DNA of 60,409 nucleotides, counting the filler, from Dugesia japonica (Eukaryota), in NCBI GenBank assembly GCA_001938525.1. It is 5 parts of 5 records of this genome, joined end to end, with 100 filler letters (N's around TTAATTAATTAA, not from the genome) between each part and the next. Parts side by side here need not be neighbours in the genome. Positions count along the whole stretch, not along the records: positions 1 to 15,975 come from MQRL01605856.1; positions 16,076 to 28,731 come from MQRL01505696.1; 3 more parts are not named here. One strand, 5' to 3'. Below are positions 14,491 through 26,499 of this stretch, one piece after another. The notes beneath the pieces were generated by a model. The model saw only the letters and a list, made by a program, of their open reading frames with translations. It did no database searches and was not told the origin of the DNA. A program made the position numbers and the translations under genes. Within the stretch, counting starts at the first letter, position 1; every line of letters starts with the position of its first letter.

Positions 14491-15905
14491 TTACATAAAT
14501 TCGAGGGCACCTGGGTCTAACCACTGGGTAAGCTCCTCGTCTAAAATGTTGAAGGCCACTTCATCGTCGTTGTCATTCCAACGAATCCACGTCTCGTTTC
14601 CTAGTTGTCTCGACAAATCCGCTATGTAGCGCTGCAAAAATTCAATTTTATGTTGTAATATTTACTTTGACTGTTCCGCCAACTCGCCTTGTTTTTTGAA
14701 GATAAGGTCGAGTTTCTTTATTAAGCGATTACGTTGAGTCAAATGTCGAAGTAAGGCCCGCTCATTTTGATGCTTAATTAATCAATCTATGACAGCGTCG
14801 TAAGCTTTTGGGTAGTTGTATGCAAGGCACTAAACAAATAATAACGATTAAGATAGAAAGTGATTTGATTACTGTTAAAATTTAATTAATCAGTGGTATT
14901 AAGAAAAAATGCGAGAAGAACAAATCAGCTTATTTCAATATGTTTTTTTATTTATAATTTAAAAAAATGAGGACATCAAGGCCGCAATGCTTGGGTACTC
15001 TTGTCTATCATAAGTGGCTCAAGGCGCATGGATTTCTTCATCAGGAGGATATCGCTCACTAGTTTATTTTCTTGGTCATGGAGACCGGATGATTTCTGCG
15101 AAGGTATTGATTTGATCCTTCCAGAGTCTCTCTTGGACATGAGAGGCCTCTGCTTCCTTCTTAAATGCGAAACACTTCTTCTTATAGCGACACACTTTAC
15201 TTTCCGCATTTGCCGTGTCAGCCTCCCAGCGACGTTATGCGAGGCGATACAGATCCCATGTAATCTCTTGTTCCTCACTTGATTCGCGTATCTTTTTCAT
15301 GGGTGCGGTTGAGGGGTTCAGAGAGGAATGCACTGTAATGATAAGAACGTTAATCAGTAATGATAGAACAATTTTAAGTTTGAAACAGCAACAACAAAGA
15401 CTATTAATCCTTATTATAATTCACGGTGAACATTAGTAAAAGATACGGAGCTAATACTTTATTATCCATCGACACAAAGAATAACAATTATTTATAAAGA
15501 AGTTTCGTTAGTGGGATCTGAGTTCTCAGAGTTAGCGTTCTCGACTGAATTACATATATTCCACAAATTATCATGTTCAAACGCAGTTAGATTGTATAAC
15601 GGAGGGAGATGACTTGTAATGATACCCACAATTGAAGGTCCTTCGTGCCATTCACGGGTAACCTGTGGCTCCCCACTGGTGCTTATCTGGGTGGTTGTGA
15701 CTGAGCGCTTCCGATCCGGACCATTCCAGCTATAATACGCCTGACGCTCGTTCGTGTCCCATTCACGTTTGTCATATGCTTCTTCAGCGGGTAAATTTGC
15801 CTGGTCCACCAGGACACCAGCATCTCTATTGTGGGGGTTCCTGTATCTTTTGAACACAGTTCGACTTGTGGTACGATCCAGTAAAACTTCCCATTTATAC
15901 ACCAT
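14491..15905 (-). other. Unidentified repeated multi-ORF cassette, copy A
   Basis: ORF 15492-15905 (YKWE..D...R..FKRY.NP.NRD.GV), ORF 14976-15278 (KLV.DIL..K..M.LEPLMID..TQ..RP) and a coiled-coil-like segment 14491-14829 (QNE..LL.HL.QRN.LIKKLD...KKQG...KI.FL.RYIADLSR.LGN..W). All three have homologues in the same order at 19879-20802. Confidence 0.75.
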
Positions 15906-15975
15906 TTCAATGTTATTTTGACTTCTAATAATGATAATTATGCAATTAAAATTAATATATTATAAGAGGGGTTTA

Positions 15976-16075
15976 NNNNNNNNNNNNNNNNNNNNNNNNN
16001 NNNNNNNNNNNNNNNNNNNTTAATTAATTAANNNNNNNNNNNNNNNNNNNNNNNNNNNNNNNNNNNNNNNNNNNN
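15976..16075. other. Artificial scaffold-joining linker
   Basis: 44 N + TTAATTAATTAA (stops in all six frames) + 44 N. Confidence 0.97.
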
Positions 16076-18745
16076 GGACGATGTTGAAAACGATTATTGT
16101 TCAAATGATTGTTCAAATGATTGTTAAATTTATTATTATTTAATAAAAAATTTGGATTTATTTTTTCTCTTTACATTAAAAACATATTAAATAAGAAATA
16201 AAAACAAGGTATAAAAAGAAATTTATTATCAATACATCAAACCACATTAACAATAATAACAACAACAAATTTTCTAAAAAGGATTAGCAATTGAAAACGT
16301 CCATCAATTTCCATACAGAAATTTTGATTCCNNNNNNNNNNNNNNNNNNNNNNNNNNNNNNNNNNNNNNNNNNNNNNNNNNNNNNNNNNNNNNNNNNNNN
16401 NNNNNNNNNNNNNNNNNNNNNNNNNNNNNNNNNNNNNNNNNNNNNNNNNNNNNNNNNNNNNNNNNNNNNNNNNNNNNNNNNNNNNNNNNNNNNNNNNNNN
16501 NNNNNNNNNNNNTTCAAAAATTGAATATTTCTATCTGTCAATTGCGATATCTGGAATCTGAATTTAACTTTTTGCAACTTGACAACATCCGGTAGAAGCA
16601 ATGACTTATGCTCCTTAAGGAAAGCTATCTTATAACCATGATAAGTTACCGTGGGATTGAAATTTACTAAAGAAAATAAAATTAATGAAATAATAGTACA
16701 ATAATAATAATAATAATAAAACCTTCATTGCTTTGTTTTTCCTCATCAAATNNNNNNNNNNNNNNNNNNNNNNNNTGTTTTTGATCCATCTGACCGTATT
16801 CATTGAATTGAGAAGAAAAATCAAGCATCCCTTTCAATCGTCTCATTAACTTGAGAAGGAATTCTACCTTTCTTCCACCTTCAGTATATGTTTGCAACTC
16901 CTCGATTGCTTCTTCAACTGGTTTTCTTTCGTGATCAACAGCAATGTACTGGCAGTTTTTATTCATCATTTCAAAATTTTTGTAAAATAAATTATGATAA
17001 AATGAATGATGACAGTTACTTATATACTATTTTGCTTAATCAACAGTATTGATGTCATCGAACAACATTTTGACAAATTAAAATATTTATTGCATTTGCA
17101 TTGTATCTGCATTGCATGTGCATTGCTACTGTATTACATCTGATTTTCAATGTAATATTTATTAACATAATTAAAAAAAAGTATTTTAATACTTAGCTAG
17201 TATACCTATTTAATTATGCCTATATTTAATAGCAAAATTTTTATTTANNNNNNNNNNNNNNNNNNNNNNNNNNNACTTTAAAAGAAAAAACATTTATTTT
17301 GACTATATTTAATAAGAATAGAAACAAAAAGAAAACATAATTCTAGAAAAAATTTATTTTCTTTTACAAAATTATAATGACAAAAAGAATATCACAATAT
17401 TTACATGAAATTAATGTTACTATTATTAATCTCATNNNNNNNNNNNNNNNNNNNNNNNNNNNNNNNNNNNNNNNNNNNNNNNNNNTTAATCTCATTTGTC
17501 ATTTTCTGGATTTTGTCTAGTGTCCAGTACATTCGATGAGCTAGGAGCTCTTGTTCGGTCCATTGATCATTTATCTGCATTCCCTGTGCCGGCATTGCTT
17601 TCTGAAACTGATAATATAATGTTGTCAACCGAGTTTTCTTGTCCATTGACAGTTCCCAGCATCGTTGCGTCGTTGTTTTGACCATTTGAGGCAGGTCAAT
17701 TGACACAATATCCGTCACATTTGAGGAACTGTGACCACTTCGATGTTGAAGACTCTGGATAACAGTGTTCCATTCACATTGAGCTTTTAAGCCCGCCTCC
17801 ATTGCTGTTACCAAATTGGCCAAATACTGAAATTTAAAAGGAGACATTCCTTTTCTGCAGGAGTCATTGTTGGATATTTATTCATTGCACCCATCAAATT
17901 GAATAGACTTGTCTTTATGGTTTTCATCGGGCATACATCTCTCGACTGTACCATACATGTGTTTTCCACCAGATGTGTCATGAGAGCATTATCATATTCC
18001 TTGCTGAAATTCATCTGATAAGCTCCCGTCGATTGTTTGAAATGACACGATGGNNNNNNNNNNNNNNNNNNNNNNNNNNNNNNNNNNNNNNNNNNNNNNN
18101 NNNNNNNNNNNNNNNNNNNNNNNNNNNNNNNNNNNNNNNNNNNNNNNNNNNNNNNNNNNNNNNNNNNNNNNNNNNNNNNNNNNNNNNNNNNNNNNNNNNN
18201 NNNNNNNNNNNNNNNNNNNNNNNNNNNNNNNNNNNNNNNNNGTGTTGTGCTTAAAAAATCATCATCAACATCATCATCATCTTCTGCATCATCATCGGGG
18301 ATGTTGTTGAATTGTTGCAATCGAACACTTGCCTTTTCGGGTAAGGAACCCAGAAATTGATTGATCACCACCATTCAAAATAAAAAGTTTCAATCTCATC
18401 CTCAAATTTCGCATATTTTTCTTATATTTTCAAAAAAAAAAATTTCAAATATCCAAACTTTTTTTTTCAAAAATATTTAAAAATTTTTTAAAAATCCGCC
18501 AATTTTTTGTTGCCATGAAAACTGTTTCCCTGGATACGGTCACCTCTGACACACACAACGCACCCATAGTTGCGACCCAGTTCCCATTAGTTACCGCGCA
18601 ATATTGATTTTTCTGTCACAGCCACGGTTGCCATGGAAACGGTCGCGATTGCCAACGCGATCACGCTTCCGCGACCATTGTCATTGGTTACGGTCGTGAT
18701 TACCCCCCCCGCCCCACTGTGCTAGACTCCTCCCTTCTATCTACT
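16076..18745 (-). mobile_element. Terminal segment of a Polinton-like element with unknown accessory ORFs
   Basis: Minus-strand terminus AGTAGATAGAAGGGAGG...GGGGCGGGGGGGG from 18745, then GC-rich subterminal repeats. Co-oriented ORFs follow: 17808-18374 and 17401-17847 (probably one frameshifted gene) and 16682-16969 (TATATAAG upstream). No hallmark gene in this segment, so the family call rests on the terminus. Confidence 0.5.
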
Positions 18746-19522
18746 ATCGAGCACAGTTGATGACAGTGAGGTACTATGGTTATATACGTAGAGGAATAGT
18801 CGGAAAACATCGGTCACGTAGATCGTTCAATGACTGATTTATTCAAAAATGTCTCCGAGGAATTGTTCAACGTACGAATCATATAAAAATTTATTCATGA
18901 GCTTGATTTTTTCCAATAATCGTTTTAACTGTCGTTCCTTAAAATTCGAGTTTGATGGAAAATACTGAAATTCTCCGTTGAATGGATTTAAATCTCTCTC
19001 TAGCCGTCATAGTCATTGATTGATATTAATACCATGATAAATATTAATAAGATTATTATTGTTATTATCTAATTAAATTATTGCTGGTATAATTTTATTA
19101 TTTTCTTTTATTTATTACTTACTTCTATTATCATTATCATTATTAATGAGTGTTCGTAAATTCAATTATTACTCAAGTTCTTATAGTTAGTTGATTTTCT
19201 CGTGTTACTATGAACAGTATTAACATTATAAACTATACTGTCGCGGACAAAATATTACCATTATTAACTATTGGTTGGAAGACAGAGTGTTGTTCCCATT
19301 CCTGTCCTCACAATCAGTTGTAAAGTGTAATTTCTTTTATGCTTACGAACATTTAGTTCTATTAAATCTGCAAAATAATCACCCAAATGTTCACGCCATT
19401 TTCAATGTCAAACTGAACCACAGTTTCTAATGTCTTAATAATTTCAACTTAGGGTGGTTTTAAATAAAGGAGCACGATGAGTTTAATATATATTGAANCA
19501 TAATCATTACCATGTTTAGGAA

Positions 19523-20802
19523 ATGCCAGTGCAATTGAGACGTGCCTTCCATTTCAAACGGAAGCAGCGCAAAATCACCCGAATGAAGCAATATCTAGCT
19601 CATATTTTTTCTTGCGGTGAAATCGAGCATCCTGACGAAACCGACTTGTGCTGTTTCACCGAAATGTTCCCGTTGACCCTTAGCGTGGACATCGATGAGG
19701 AAGCATAGGTGCTATTTGGGATAACTATTACAAGCAGCTACCTGAAAGTAACACAAATTAATAATCCTGCGGGTTATTATTATCCGTATAATAAAATTTT
19801 CTCTTTTCATTTTTCTCTTGCTATTACATTATTTTTATCTGCATGTTCATTCCTTATTAGAAGTTATTACAACCGAGAATGGAGTATAAATGGGAACTAA
19901 TCCAAGATTGAGCCCCCGGGAGAAGGCTTTTCAAAAAGGTATCTAAACCCTTATAACAGGGACGTCGGAGTAATGGCCGAGAGGTCCAACTTACCTGTCA
20001 GGGCTGCCTATGATGAAAGGGTGATGGATACTACAACTCGTCAAGTTTATTACCAATGGACCGACCCCGATCGTAGCCGCATCACTTTTTCCGCACGGTT
20101 GATATCCACCAACTATGTAAATGGTAGGCCTGTTCACGAACGAATCTGGAGAGAGAGTACACCTCTACCACTATCACCTGTCAGGACTCCTGTAGGGATC
20201 ATGGAAATCCCAACTTGAATCGTTCGCAGAAATTATCCGGTTCCGCCATGACCGTAGAATAAACTGGTCGATGACATCTTAAAGCTTAAGGAAAGAATGC
20301 TTCTTGAGCCTCTCATGATCGATAATGGGACTCAAACCTCGCGGCCGTGATTGCTTATGTATTGCTAATGATGTAAATAAATATCTCCTCTTTGATAGTC
20401 ATCTGTTTTCAGTCATCCGTTCCTTTTATTTCAATAATTTTCTTTGTAATTGAACATTAAATTATATAAGAGTTACTGGTTAATTTTGATTGTTATTTCT
20501 TTCAGTGCCGCGTATCCAATTATAGCGTAGTCTGCGTCGTTATCACAGACTTATTCAGAAACTACTATTAGAATGCCACCTTAAGAGGCAGAATGAGCAC
20601 GAGCTCTTAAAACACCTTTCTCAACGAAATAAGTTGATTAAGAAACTTGACGTCATCGTGAAAAAACAGGGAGACCTCACGGAACAAACGAAAGAACTCC
20701 TCCAAAACAAAATCGATTTTCTGAAGAGATACATCGCAGACTTATCTCGCAAGCTAGGCAATGCGTCGTGGTTACAAGGGGACGACAATGACGACGAATA
20801 CT
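19523..20802 (+). other. Unidentified repeated multi-ORF cassette, copy B (decayed)
   Basis: 19523-19708 (LAHI.S.G.I..PDETDL.CF.E.F.L, shared with copy C); 19879-20218 (MEYKWE...KRYLNPYNRDVGV); about 20260-20350 (KLVDDILKLKERMLLEPLMIDNGTQTSRP); 20506-20802 (QRNKLIKKLD...RYIADLSRKLGN). Cut at 20803. Confidence 0.75.
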
Positions 20803-20867
20803 AGTAGGTAGATAGTGATGCATGTCCCCTATTGATTTTATCCGTAAAAAGACCCCTTTCCCTCCCC

Positions 20868-21490
20868 TTCAAAAATTTTTAAAAAGGGATAAAAATTTTA
20901 AAAGAAATTAAAAAAGAAGATAAAATTTTTAAAAAAGGGATAAATTTTTAAAAAGAAATAAAAAAGGGGATAAAACTTTTAAAAAGTGGATAAAATTTTA
21001 AAAAGAAAATAAAAAAGGGGATAAAATTTTTAAAAAAGGGATAAAATTTTAAAAAGAAATTAAAAAGGGGATAAAATTTTTAAAAGAAATTAAAAAAGGG
21101 TATAAAATTTTAAAAAGAAATTAAAAAGGCGATAAAATTTTTAAAAGAAATTAAAAAAGGGGATAAAAATTTTAAAAATGGGATAAATTTTTCAAAAGAA
21201 ATAAAAAAGAGGATAAAATTTTTAAAAGAAATTAAAAAAGGGGATAAAATTTTTAAAAAATGGATAAATTTTTTAAAAGAAATAAAAAAGTGGATAAAAC
21301 TTTTAAAAAGTGAATAAAATTTTAAAAAGAAATTAAAAAAGGGGATAAAATTTTTAAAAAGCGGATAAATTTTTAAAAAGAAATAAAAAAGTGGATAAAA
21401 NNNNNAAAAAGTGGATAAAATTTTAAAAAGAAATAAAAAAGGGGATAAAATGTTTAAAAGAAATTAAAAAAGGCGATAAAATTTTTAAAA
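20868..21490. repeat. Tandem array of ~20/31-bp units (AAAAAGGGGATAAAATTTTTAAAAGAAATT)
   Basis: Over 20 GGATAAA-type cores directly visible, starting about 65 bp inside the 20803 terminus. Confidence 0.95.
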
Positions 21491-24344
21491 ATTTAACTAA
21501 AAAAATAGCTTAATTTAAATTAAATTGGATAAGAATGTTCTAATAAATACACACCTGTTCTAAAACCTATATAAACATAATATTTAATTGATTATTTATT
21601 ATTTCAACTGAAGATGCCAGTAATTCTTACCAAAGAAAATTCGTCTACACTAGAATTCAAATGTGAAAACCAAGAAATTACTTCAAGCATGAGAAGATTT
21701 TCTTAAAGAAAACAATCAATTATATTTTTCAAGTAAGATTTGATTTGCAAATTACTTTATAATTACTTTTTTATTTAGGATCCAGTAAAAGTAAAACCTT
21801 GTCTTTATGATTTGTACATACCTGAAATCAGTGACAAAGATCAAAAGACTCTTAATGAATTATTCGTAAGAATTAATGAAAACATTAAAATTGAAGATGC
21901 TGCCTTTATTAGATCTAAAGAAAAAAATGTTCAAGAAAGTAAATCAATCATTACAGTAGAAATTATTGGTTATAAGAAATTGGATGATGTAATAAAACCA
22001 ATTTGGATAGTTAAATCAACTCAAAAGTGTGAAGATAATTTTCTTGAATAAATATTAGTATAATTAATAGACTTATCTTAATAATTTCTAAGTTGTTTAA
22101 TAACTTTTATAAAACAGTAAAGTTTATTTAATTCAATTCCATGTTATGCGAAGATCTAGTGATTGTTTTGTATGGCATTTGGCAACTGAAATTATAAGAT
22201 TTAAATGAATAATTTAAGCAATAAAGATTACTTAAAGTATTTAGATCTCTTTCTATTTTACATTCATGTTGTTCTCTTAATGCAATTGCTAAAGCTTTTA
22301 GTTTGATATTCATTTGAACTGTCTGGAAATTTAATTAACTACTATGAAATTTTGAATGTGCAAAATCTAGGTTTTATTTTTAAATAACTATAAAATTATA
22401 TTTTTTTTGTAAGACCATTAGATTTGAGACCCTATGTTATTAAAACCTACCAACACATTAGTCTATAAAAAACCAATTAATTCTAATAAAATATACATAA
22501 TTTGTTTTAACGGATCAATTAAATGAACTCCATCAAACCCAGTGTTCTTCATTTAAATCAATAATTATGTTATTATTTTATCACAATTTCAGAATTATTT
22601 TACAAAAAAAGCAGTGTATTATCAGAACAAAAAAGTTAAATTATTATTTTGGTTTTTAAATCATTATTTTTGTTCTTTTAGATCATTATGCTTGAACTTA
22701 ATGTATGTTTTATTAATAAGTAACTTTAAGTTACAGTTATCTCAATATTATCATCTCGTAAATAAAGACTATGTTAAAAACCTACTAAAGAAGAATTTTT
22801 TGGATACAATTACCGAACCATTATATAATCTGAATGATATCAGTAAAATTGGTTATAACTTAATGGTTACAGAAGCAAAAGAATTGGAAAATAAACATTT
22901 AGCGCTATGCTGTGCCTTATTCGGATTATCTATTAAATATTTTCAGATACAAGAGAGGACAAACGTTTTATGATAAAAATGAAGAAATTATAGTATTAAA
23001 CAAGTCGCAATCTTTTTTAGCAGAGCATTTCGCAAAATTAAATTATGATTACATAGTTAATAAAAAATGAGAAAGAGAAGAAGAAAAACTTTATGTCGAT
23101 TCATTACAAGGATTGATTATTGGACCTGATAATTATCAGTCAATTAAAGATAAACAGATAAAATATTTTATAGAAAACCAATTTAACAGAAATATGGAGA
23201 GAATATTCAACCTGAAATTATTAATTATAAAAGATTGTAATATTTTTTAACGATTGTACATGTGTTGCATTTAATGTAATTTTGTTTAATAGACTAAAAT
23301 ATATGTATTTAAATACTGTCTTAGTTTCTTATTTTAATAAAAATAATACAAAATAACAAAATTACTTTTTTTTAAAATACAATGAACATTAAGTTTGTTA
23401 TGAACATGTCATGAACATGACGTAAGCATGCATTGTATATGACGCGAGCACACATTTTGCATGGTATGAGTATGCATGTTATATTACATGAGCATTTATT
23501 TACATTGTGATCTCATATTACCTAATTACTATGTAAATAATACACTTCTAAACCCTATAATACATGGTTGCTATATATATAATACAAGGTAACTATGCAA
23601 ATAATACACTTATAACCCCGAAATACTCATAAACCATATACACTCATAAACCCTATACAATCATAACAATATTCACTTATAAGTCTTTATATATATNNNN
23701 NNNNNNNNNNNNNNNNNNNNNNNNNNNNNNNNNNNNNNNNNNNNNNNNNNNNNNNNNNNNNNNNNNNNNNNNNNCCTATATACTCATAAACCATATAATA
23801 TATGGTTGCTATGTAAATAATACAAATAATACACTTATTAACCCAAAATACTCTTAAACCCTATACTATCATAAAAAAATATTTACTCATAACTTTTTAT
23901 TTAGCCTTATTAGTTTTATATGGAAAAGTTCCATGCTTTTACGATTTATTTTAAAGAAAGTTTCCACACTTATGAATTAATTTTTAAAAAGTTCCACTGT
24001 AATGAATTATTTTGTAAAAAGTTCTATGGTTATCTATCATTTTGCGAAGAAAAGTTCACAGTTAATATGTTTTCTAAAGAAAAATGTCNNNNNNNNNNNN
24101 NNNNNNNNNNNNNNNNNNNNNNNNNNNNNNNNNNNNNNACGAAAATGACCTAGCTAATATGTTTTTTATGAAAAAAGTGTTTTTATCATTTTCTGAAAAG
24201 AAGTTTGTATTTGAATATTTTACCATGAATATATCTCAAAGACTCCCTTCTTTTGCTATTTTTAATAGATATATTTTATCATGAAAATATCTCAAATATT
24301 TTATAATGTTAATTAAATTTAATTAATTTAATTAACTTATTAAA

Positions 24345-24975
24345 ATTTTAGACTGTCCGGAACATATAAAGACTGCAAAATATCTTTGCAATAATATGAA
24401 GACTACCCAATGTCTTGCAATAATATCATAAATATCAAGACTGCCAAATATCTTTGAAAAATATCAAGTCGACCCAATATTAAAATATTAAGGCTGCCAA
24501 ATATCATACATAAATATCAAGACTTCAAAAAAAAATTAATACTGACCAATCTCTTGCAAAAATATAAAGACTGTTAAATCTACTGCAAAATATAAAGACT
24601 ATCACAATGTTGTTTATTAATGATTGCAATAGGGATGTAATATGAATGAAATACGACAACACGTGCCTGATAATTTAAATAAATGCAATAGAGATGCAAT
24701 ATAAATGCAATACAGCAACGATTGCCTGGGAAATTTTAGACTGCCCAAAACTCTTACTAAAATATCAAGACTGTCCCATCCTTTGCAAAAAATTCTGCTT
24801 ATTCATTTATTTTAAATAAAACATCATTTTAAAAAAATTAATCATTTTTAATTAAAATCATTATTTTAAACAAATTAATCATTTTTAATTAAAATTAACT
24901 TTATCAAGACTCCCTCTATCCCATGCAAAATATAGAGACTCCCCAATACCATTCAAAATATCAAGACTGCTCAAA
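24345..24975. repeat. Degenerate ~30-bp tandem repeat (AAAATATCAAGACTGCCAAATATCTTGC)
   Basis: Recurrent AAGACTG cores at roughly 30-bp spacing, interrupted by AT-rich blocks. Confidence 0.8.
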
Positions 24976-26499
24976 AAAATTTTAAATCCCCCCCCAAAAT
25001 ATAATTTTTTAAATTTTCTGCCAAAAAAAATTTCCGTTCAAAAATATTAAAACTATCCTCTTCCCATACAAAAAATATTATTTTACACCATTATTTTTTA
25101 ACTAATTCACCATTTTAAGCAAAATACAACATTTTAAACAAAATTAAGTTTTCAAAAATTATTACGTCACAACCACCTCACAGAAAAATTTTAAATAAAT
25201 CTTATAAAATCTTACAGTTAATTTCCTTCACACCCATATACTTTTTCCCCTCCCGAAATTTTTTTAACACACTTATACTACTTACAAACATCAACCAAAT
25301 CAAATTTTACCACAACCAATCAGAAATTAAAGCACAATCGACAACCTACATTCTCCCCATCACATCACCTTTCAAACAAACCATCAATCACCAAAATCCA
25401 ACAACACCCTACCAACCTACACCCTCCCAAAAATCACCCCACGATAACTCATACGCCTGTGCCAATGCGCTACCGCACTTCTAGGACAAACCATTCATCC
25501 TACCTCATAAGTCCTTTAGACAACATATAGACAGATTTTTTGTCCCACCACAACCACATCCTAAAAATCCACAAAAAATTATTTCCAAGATCTCCACACC
25601 TCCCTCGAATACATTTCCACTTTTACACATACACACACAAACTCAACTTGACCTACTTTAAATTTACACACACAATTTTCCAAACACACGCAAATTTCTA
25701 AAATTAAAAATACAAACACACACACTTTTAGGATCAAATTTCTCTGATCCGTTCAAAAAAAAATGATCCTATCAAAAAAATTCGAACCCAAAAATCTTAG
25801 AAAAAAAACCAGCACAAAAATACCAGCTGTTTTCTCGGAGGGACGGGGTCAAATTGTGCCTGTACGCTACTATTTACCTACTGAGGATCATAAAAATTCA
25901 TATTTAAATTGTCAAAATAATTTAAAGCCCTTATAAAGAGTTTTGTTTAAATGAAAATAATAATGAAATTTTAATAAAATAATTATAGAAATTATCGATT
26001 AATGGGATGTAAGAAATTAGAAATAATGGTAATGATAATGATAATGATAATTGTGAGTATGTTTTTAAAAGCGAGTTGAAATTTTTGTGTGATTGGATAT
26101 CTTTTTTCTTAAATTTTTTTTTATATATATTGAAAATTTTATATGAAAATTTAGTAAGAAATGATTGTTTAGTTTTAAATTTTGAAAGTATTTTAAACGA
26201 AGATTTAATAATAAAGTAAAAATTTTATCTAAAATTTAAATATTTGAAAAATGATCTCCAATTAAAACATAGAATTTTAATTTGTTTGAAATAGTGATGG
26301 ATATGGTTTTGCTTTGTGAATATTTATGGAAATGGGGTTTGACATTAATTATCCGATGAGTACTCCAACTTCTTCTAACAATAATGATAATGATAATGAT
26401 GATGATGCTGTTGATGAATGCATACAACTGATAAAACACAAAATAATTACAAAATAAACCATAAATACAATAAAATGAAATTAAAGGCTAAAATTGAAG

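Larger units (their letters stand above)
20803..25882. mobile_element. Polinton-like non-autonomous or composite remnant bounded by inverted AGTAGGTA(G/A)ATAGT termini
   Basis: AGTAGGTAGATAGT at 20803 (+) and AGTAGGTAAATAGT read from 25882 (-), with tandem arrays inside both ends and decayed ORFs at 21614-23250. No target-site duplication and similarity ends after 14 bp, so the two ends may come from different insertions. Confidence 0.5.

Noticed and set aside
16020-16031. TTAATTAATTAA palindromes between N-runs (four occurrences)
   Set aside because: Identical 100-nt construct each time; an artificial concatenation linker, not biology.
16284-16601. ORFs made mostly of X (also 17973-18310, 24084, 29191, 32240, 51691-52052, 53999)
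   Set aside because: Open only because they cross N gaps.
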